Origin: Flavobacteriaceae bacterium
Lineage (GTDB): Bacteria > Bacteroidota > Bacteroidia > Flavobacteriales > Flavobacteriaceae
NCBI GenBank assembly: GCA_965224465.1
Contig: OZ245049.1
Coordinates: forward strand, 240,001 to 272,000
Direction of reading: 5' to 3'
DNA: 32,000 bases
Shown here: positions 26,963-32,000 of the stretch, piece by piece
How the letters are laid out: each line of letters opens with the position of its first letter
Position numbering within the stretch: the stretch's first letter is position 1
Position numbers and translations under genes: made by a program
Notes under the pieces: generated by a model
Seen by the model: only the letters and a program-made list of their open reading frames with translations
Database searches by the model: none
What the model was told of the DNA's origin: nothing

Positions 26963-27796
26963 TTAATTAGAATATTTTGGTGCTACCCATCTTTTATAAA
27001 TAAAAAATTCGATTAACGGTAGGCTGATAATAATGAGTAATAAAATTAACTGAGACAAAACCAAAGATTTATATTGATTGTATAGTACCGAATCATACCA
27101 TATCATTAATTTATCAATTATTCCTTGTTTAATATCTTTAAATCCTACTTTCAATAAAAAATCCATTCCAGCACTAAACTCATTAAATGATAATGATTCT
27201 TTAATATTAACATGAGCACTTGCTCCAGCTACATTAAGCATAGCATAGACAGATGTTTTGTAAATATCATCTCCATACTTATCAATAAGAAAGGTCACTA
27301 CTTTATTTTTATTGTTATCGATAACGGAATATCCTGTATTATATTCCGTTGTTATTATTTTTAGAGACGCTACCAGAGCATAGGAACCATCTTTTACCTC
27401 TATCGCTGATTGCTGTAATTTATGAATAAATTCATTTTTACTTTTTTCAGATTCAAAAGATTGTTTAAGAACATTATTATAAATACCAGATACGATAGCC
27501 TTATTTTCTTTATCGAGAATCTTGTATATACCTGTTATGAAACCAATATGCCCAAAAATAAATATAAATCCAACAACAAGCATAGGGATATATAATTTTA
27601 CCGCCCAATTGTAATATTTTGGTTTTCTCTTTAAAATCTTTTTTTTATGTAGAATGATGCTATAAAAGATTGCTATAATAAAGCCAAGAAGTATAAAAAT
27701 AATGATGTTAAAAATTAAGGTACCTATGTGAGGTAGAATAATATCTTTAATAATGTTCCAAATTACATTCCATTCAATTTTATTAAAATTCTCCAT
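26963..27796 (-). CDS. Hypothetical integral membrane protein (277 aa)
   Basis: The N-terminal region has two long hydrophobic helices, and there is a C-terminal helix (LVLSQLILLLIIISLPLIEFFIY). No motif recognised. Confidence 0.55.
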   Translation of the reverse strand: MENFNKIEWNVIWNIIKDIILPHIGTLIFNIIIFILLGFIIAIFYSIILHKKKILKRKPKYYNWAVKLYIPMLVVGFIFIFGHIGFITGIYKILDKENKAIVSGIYNNVLKQSFESEKSKNEFIHKLQQSAIEVKDGSYALVASLKIITTEYNTGYSVIDNNKNKVVTFLIDKYGDDIYKTSVYAMLNVAGASAHVNIKESLSFNEFSAGMDFLLKVGFKDIKQGIIDKLMIWYDSVLYNQYKSLVLSQLILLLIIISLPLIEFFIYKRWVAPKYSN

Positions 27797-28390
27797 TTTG
27801 TATCTTCTTAATTAATGTATCTCAACCTAAAATGCTTGAGTACTTGTTTTTTATGCTTGTTTAATTATTTATGTTTTGAAATAAATTTTTTGTAATTTAC
27901 TCATATACAGCGCGATAAGTTTTGTGTTGTTGTTGTAACCGTTATACTTGTTTTTGGGTGAGGGGACTGTTGTATTTTTGTTAAAGATATCTAAATTTTT
28001 TAATTTTCCAAGAGGTCCAATTTTTTTTATCGTTTATTTCGATGGGTTTAGTACAATACATATCTGTTGTCTGAGTAGAGGTGAATCCTAACATGTTTTG
28101 AGCATGCCAGATGGGAACTTGGTTGATGATGTTTGGGGTAAAATTAGTTCCTTAGCTATGAACTGCCAGAACTAGTCTATATTATACGGATGATTGGCGC
28201 TACGGATCTGTTTAATCAAGCTTTTATCAAAATTTTGTACATTTTAATTACCTTAGCATAATGTTCAATCGCATTAAATTCATCAGTATTATTTCCTTCT
28301 TCTAAAATAATTTTTATAATTCAGATTGGATTTTTACACCACAACGGTTCATGTAATAACAGTAAGAGTTTGGTTTCAGATTGACTTTTG

Positions 28391-28490
28391 AATTATAGCT
28401 AGGCGATAAATGGATGGATAGCCTTAGCTAGAGTTCTGTTTTTCAACAACGCCAGCACGTAAAACAACCTATTTATATCGGTCATTTTGG
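28391..28490 (-). repeat. Repeat X copy 4 (MTDINRLFYVLALLKNRTLAKAIHPFIA*)
   Basis: Shares cagcacgtaaaacaacctatttatatcggtcatttt exactly with copy 1 and the agctaggcg..ctgttt..caacaac portion with copies 2 and 3. Confidence 0.5.
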
Positions 28491-28532
28491 ATTTTAGGTT
28501 GGTATTAAGTAGTCATTGTTTTTATCGGTAAA

Positions 28533-28928
28533 TTATGATTCTTTCGTTTTAATAGAATGAGATAAAAACTCAATACTAGAGAATTTGTTTTTAGATATCT
28601 TAATTTCACTCATAGTTTTTCCCTTAGCATAGTAATTTTTATATAGGTTTAATAAGATAATAGGAAATAAAATAAAATGCCAAATTTCTAATTCATTTCT
28701 TGCATAATTGATAACAGGAATTTCATTGTTCAGTTTTAAAATATGTTCTTCTGTAACATTCTGATTAATGTATTTTTTCAATTCATTTGAATATCGAGAA
28801 TAATTTTCGAAATTCATAGAAGAATAATCACCCTTTTCAATCTTATCTGCTTGAGAAATTATATCGGTTATTTGTCTCTTGAGAAGCTCTTTTCTTTGAT
28901 TATTCATAGTAATAGTTATTACTGCCAA
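28533..28928 (-). CDS. Hypothetical 131-aa protein with one hydrophobic helix
   Basis: ORF only (..IWHFILFPIILLNLY..). No recognisable motif. Confidence 0.4.
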   Translation of the reverse strand: MAVITITMNNQRKELLKRQITDIISQADKIEKGDYSSMNFENYSRYSNELKKYINQNVTEEHILKLNNEIPVINYARNELEIWHFILFPIILLNLYKNYYAKGKTMSEIKISKNKFSSIEFLSHSIKTKES

Positions 28929-29861
28929 CGGGTACTTGTAAGTAATTGTCTTTAAGTTTATTAATTAGGTCTATAGGTTGTTTTTTACATAAACGCCAAA
29001 CTTTATATGTTGCGCTCTTTGGCGATGCATATACTTTTTTATTTACTACAACCCCTTGTGATTTATACACTTTGTATGTACTCTACATAGCTAGAGTATA
29101 ACTTCGGAAAGGTAGTTAATTAATCTAGAGGAAGCAAGTTCTTACATGAAAGAGTTACGTTATGAATTGCATCGAATCAGGAACTTCATAAAATGGAAAA
29201 TTGTGAATAGGCATTAGTAAGCCGCAAGAGTAAAAACCGTTAGATTCTATCTGAAGATTGGTTGTGATTTAGTCATTCTAAAATTCTAATATAAAGCAAG
29301 GTGCTGATCCCGAATCAAGTGTGAGGTAGCTAAACACAATTATTCATAGTAAATCCAGCGTTCCTTATGTAACAAATAAATGAGTGAAGAGTAAATCGTA
29401 TACAGAGGTATAATTACTTGGGGATGAAAGGACATTATTGTAAGGTTCAAAAGCATGTACTACCCAAGATCCTCTTTTTAAAACGAGATAGAAAACAGGG
29501 TGTTTTATGATTGGAGATACCATATTTAATCACTAATAGCAAACTATATTGATATGGTTAAGTGGTATACTTTTCGGTTAATAGGAGGTATGGTTTTTAG
29601 TTAACATATACTCAATACAATTCCATACTTAGCAAGCAAAGTACTCATTAGAAAGTAGGGTTGATAAACTTAAATATTGGTTCTAAATATGAAGTAAAAT
29701 AGAGTAAAACGTATAGAAATACGCTTTGCTTGAAGTAACGATAGGAGCGGAGTGGGAATGTGTGTGGAATGGGAATATACAAATGATGTTAAATTATTAT
29801 TACTATTTCAAATATATTGATTATATTACATCAATAGTGTGATTATTTAAACACAGTTAAT

Positions 29862-30100
29862 ATGGCAACAATATGTAAAACGATAACTTTTACCGAACAG
29901 CAAGATAAATGGATAAAAGCACAAATGACAGCGAATATATTTGAAATCTTGTACATCAGGACCAAGCAAACAATGCCAAGTTTATTTCGCTCAAAACCAA
30001 ACTCATCAATGGTCTAGAAAGTGGAACTAGTAATAAATCATTACCAGATATAATGAAAGAAGTCGAAGCACGTATGCAAGAAGATGGGCGTTTGATATAA
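29862..30100 (+). pseudogene. Decayed ParD-like (ribbon-helix-helix) antitoxin
   Basis: Frame a reads MATICKTITFTEQQDKWIKAQMT. The frame starting 29930 reads SEYI*NLVHQDQANNAKFISLKTKLINGLESGTSNKSLPDIMKEVEARMQEDGRLI. Together they match the ParD pattern (..W...Q...G.Y...SEYIR.LIR.DQ....L..L...L..G..SG) but need a frameshift and have a TGA at 29942..29944. No ParE-like ORF lies adjacent. Confidence 0.5.
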
Positions 30101-30326
30101 GCCAACGTATAGATTATAAAAGTAATCTATTAACATAATAAATTAGTATAGAAAACTGTTAATAATTATTTGATTTAGAGATGTTAAAGTAATTGGAATT
30201 AATTCCTAATGATTTAACTCAGAGACAGAAAGAATATTTTAATATTGATCTTCCAATAAAAAAGATATAATCTATTTTTTAAATTAAATAGAAATGGAGT
30301 AATTATAAAAACATAACACTATAATT

Positions 30327-31058
30327 ATGAGTGTATCTGATGATATAAAAAGAATTTTATGGCACGAAATGGGACATTTATGTGTCGATACTATAAAGAT
30401 AGAAACACATAATAATCTAAAAGTTAACTTATTAAATTTAACTGTTGCTAATGACGGTTTATTTAAATGGAGTGGTTTCGTAGAAATGCTTCCGAGTTTA
30501 CCTTTTAAAGATATCCCTATAAATCACTCAATATTAGCATATTCGCTAATTAGTTTACAGGCTGGTTGTGTATTTGAGACTATCTATTTTCAAATTATAA
30601 AAGAAAATTCATCAATAAATTTTGGAGATTGTTTTTCTTTTAATAGAGAATGCATTGGGAATGGAGATTGGACAAATTATCATGAAATTTTATCAAAAAT
30701 ACGCGAGATCCATCCTGAATTTCGTGGTAAACTTGATTTGAATGGCTATTTGGAAATTGATTTTTCTAGATTAGTAAATATTGCACTTTTCAAGTTGTCA
30801 GAATTCATTACAAAAATGAATGAAATAATTGATAATGAAGTTATTAAAATAGAGAAAGACTTTACAGGAAGAGATGGGGCTCATGGAATATATAGCTATA
30901 ATTATAGTGGAGATGAGTTAACTGAGTTGATTAATAGAATAATACCATTAATGAATGAATTAGGGTTTAGAGATACTCTAATGGAACTTCATGAGTCATT
31001 TATTAAAAAATTCAGTGATTACATAGACAAATATGACGTAAGGTATAATATTATGTAA
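30327..31058 (+). CDS. Hypothetical protein with an N-terminal HExxH motif (possible zinc metallopeptidase)
   Basis: ILWHEMGHLCVD at residues 10-21. No signal peptide. The rest is unrecognisable. Confidence 0.55.
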   Translation: MSVSDDIKRILWHEMGHLCVDTIKIETHNNLKVNLLNLTVANDGLFKWSGFVEMLPSLPFKDIPINHSILAYSLISLQAGCVFETIYFQIIKENSSINFGDCFSFNRECIGNGDWTNYHEILSKIREIHPEFRGKLDLNGYLEIDFSRLVNIALFKLSEFITKMNEIIDNEVIKIEKDFTGRDGAHGIYSYNYSGDELTELINRIIPLMNELGFRDTLMELHESFIKKFSDYIDKYDVRYNIM

Positions 31059-31543
31059 AATAGAATCCCGAGGCTAAACTTAGTCTCATTTAATTTTAGA
31101 TAAAACAATAGGAGAAATAAAAATGCGCACTTCAAATAGTTAGTAATTCGATTCGTTAAGAGTTTCAATTATACAGAGTATTTTCAAAGAATTGATTGAG
31201 AATCACTTCTTTGAAATACCAATAATAAAAAAAGGAAAAAAGACGAGTTGAAAGACTAAAGTTAACAAGTGTATAGCACTTTTAAGCAAGGATTATGCAG
31301 TTGGGGAAATTTTATACTCTTGTGGTAATCCACGAGAATGGTGTGAATTTTTTTATAACGTACATTTTATCGAATACGCGATTTTTAATAAGAGCAAAAA
31401 GGTTAACTTTTATTTTGGCGTTGGCAAGCGGCTGGAAATTGTGGTTTAAAAATAATTGCATTAGCAATTTTGTTTTAAGCAAACAATCGAGTGTTTGGCA
31501 GCGGCTATTTTAAATACTATAGAATTATAACTATCAAATACTG

Positions 31544-32000
31544 ATACAAGTTCATAAGCCGTAATTTAGTTCACGCTATTCTTGTTTTTTTAAGACGTTC
31601 ATGAATCTCCTAAAGCCGTAATTCTTTTAACATAATATCTGACGATATAAGTCTAAAGACGTTATATCTGATATTATGTGTAAATAGCCTGATAAACGGC
31701 TATACAGAAATTAATGAGCCGTAATTTAGCTCACGCGTTTATATTTTATTGGAATTCATGAATCTCCTAAAGCCGTAATTTCTTTTAACATAATATCTGA
31801 CGATATAAGTCTAAAGACGTTATATCTGATATTATGTGTAAATAGCCTAAAAAACGGCTATACAGAAATTAATAAGCCGTAATTTAGTTCACGCTATTTT
31901 TTTTAAAAAGGAGTTCATAAATCTCCTAAAGTCGATTTCTTTTAACATAATATCTGACGATATAAGTCTAAAGACATTATATCTGATATTATGTAAAATA
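31544..32000. repeat. Tandem array (at least 2.8 units, continuing past the window) of a 158-170-bp structured repeat
   Basis: Units start at 31544, 31714 and 31872 (a[t/g][a/g]agccgtaatttag..). Each contains the sub-repeat agccgtaatt twice, an attcatgaat-type palindrome, a ~50-nt imperfect hairpin (acataatatc-tgac-gatataa..ttatatc-tgatattatgt) and tagcc..ggcta. A short variable T-rich segment accounts for the length differences. Confidence 0.85.

Noticed and set aside
27950-28380. Minus-strand reading fragments (for example ..PNIINQVPIWHAQNMLGFTSTQTTDMYCTKPIEINDKKNW..) suggesting decayed genes between 27797 and 28532
   Set aside because: The fragments are short and broken by stops, and any family resemblance (GNAT-like tail) is too weak to call without a database search.
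28930-29861. Group II intron or another known large ribozyme (RNase P RNA, tmRNA)
   Set aside because: I could not find a GUGYG 5' end paired with a convincing domain V (AGC triad, 2-nt bulge, GNRA loop), nor RNase P CR-I or tmRNA terminal motifs. The hairpin at about 29702..29731 only loosely resembles domain V.
31295-31513. 72-aa ORF upstream of the tandem repeats
   Set aside because: It has no motif, an odd composition and no plausible context, so it is probably spurious.
31544-32000. Possible CRISPR array
   Set aside because: The units are 158-170 bp with more than 120 bp conserved and only a short variable T-rich stretch. There is no 25-40-bp repeat/spacer alternation and there are no cas genes.

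Overview
Visibly AT-rich sequence whose gene content points to Bacteroidota, probably Flavobacteriia. The window is an accessory island built around an orphan type VI secretion (T6SS-iii style) hcp-vgrG cargo locus. No T6SS core apparatus genes (tssB, tssC, tssK and so on) are present. The intact core is hcp (11128..11526), vgrG (11712..13529), and a tightly packed operon at 14149..23535. That operon holds two intact copies of a lipoprotein immunity-like gene, a Tle1/DUF2235-type lipase effector, an unknown 313-aa protein, a DUF4280 PAAR-like protein, an unrecognisable 1048-aa protein, and a lipoprotein that is a putative immunity protein. The rest of the island is heavily rearranged. The immunity-like gene is amplified as a 1099-bp tandem unit in five mosaic copies, three of which carry in-frame stops, and the hcp-vgrG module splits this array into two blocks. 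A second, decayed hcp'-vgrG' copy lies at 1024..2049 and abuts an IS3-family element. A second Tle1-like gene is N-terminally truncated, frameshifted and split by an IS4-like element with a 7-bp target duplication. Downstream of the large effector sit an orphan effector C-terminal fragment, its own immunity gene (split by an IS30 element), and two further effector fragments, one interrupted by a GC-rich palindromic element. The right-hand third holds two membrane or hypothetical genes, a roughly 0.9-kb ORF-free stretch, a decayed ParD-like antitoxin, an HExxH protein, and structured tandem repeats of about 160-170 bp that run off the window edge. All family assignments come from motif recognition by eye, because no searches could be run.
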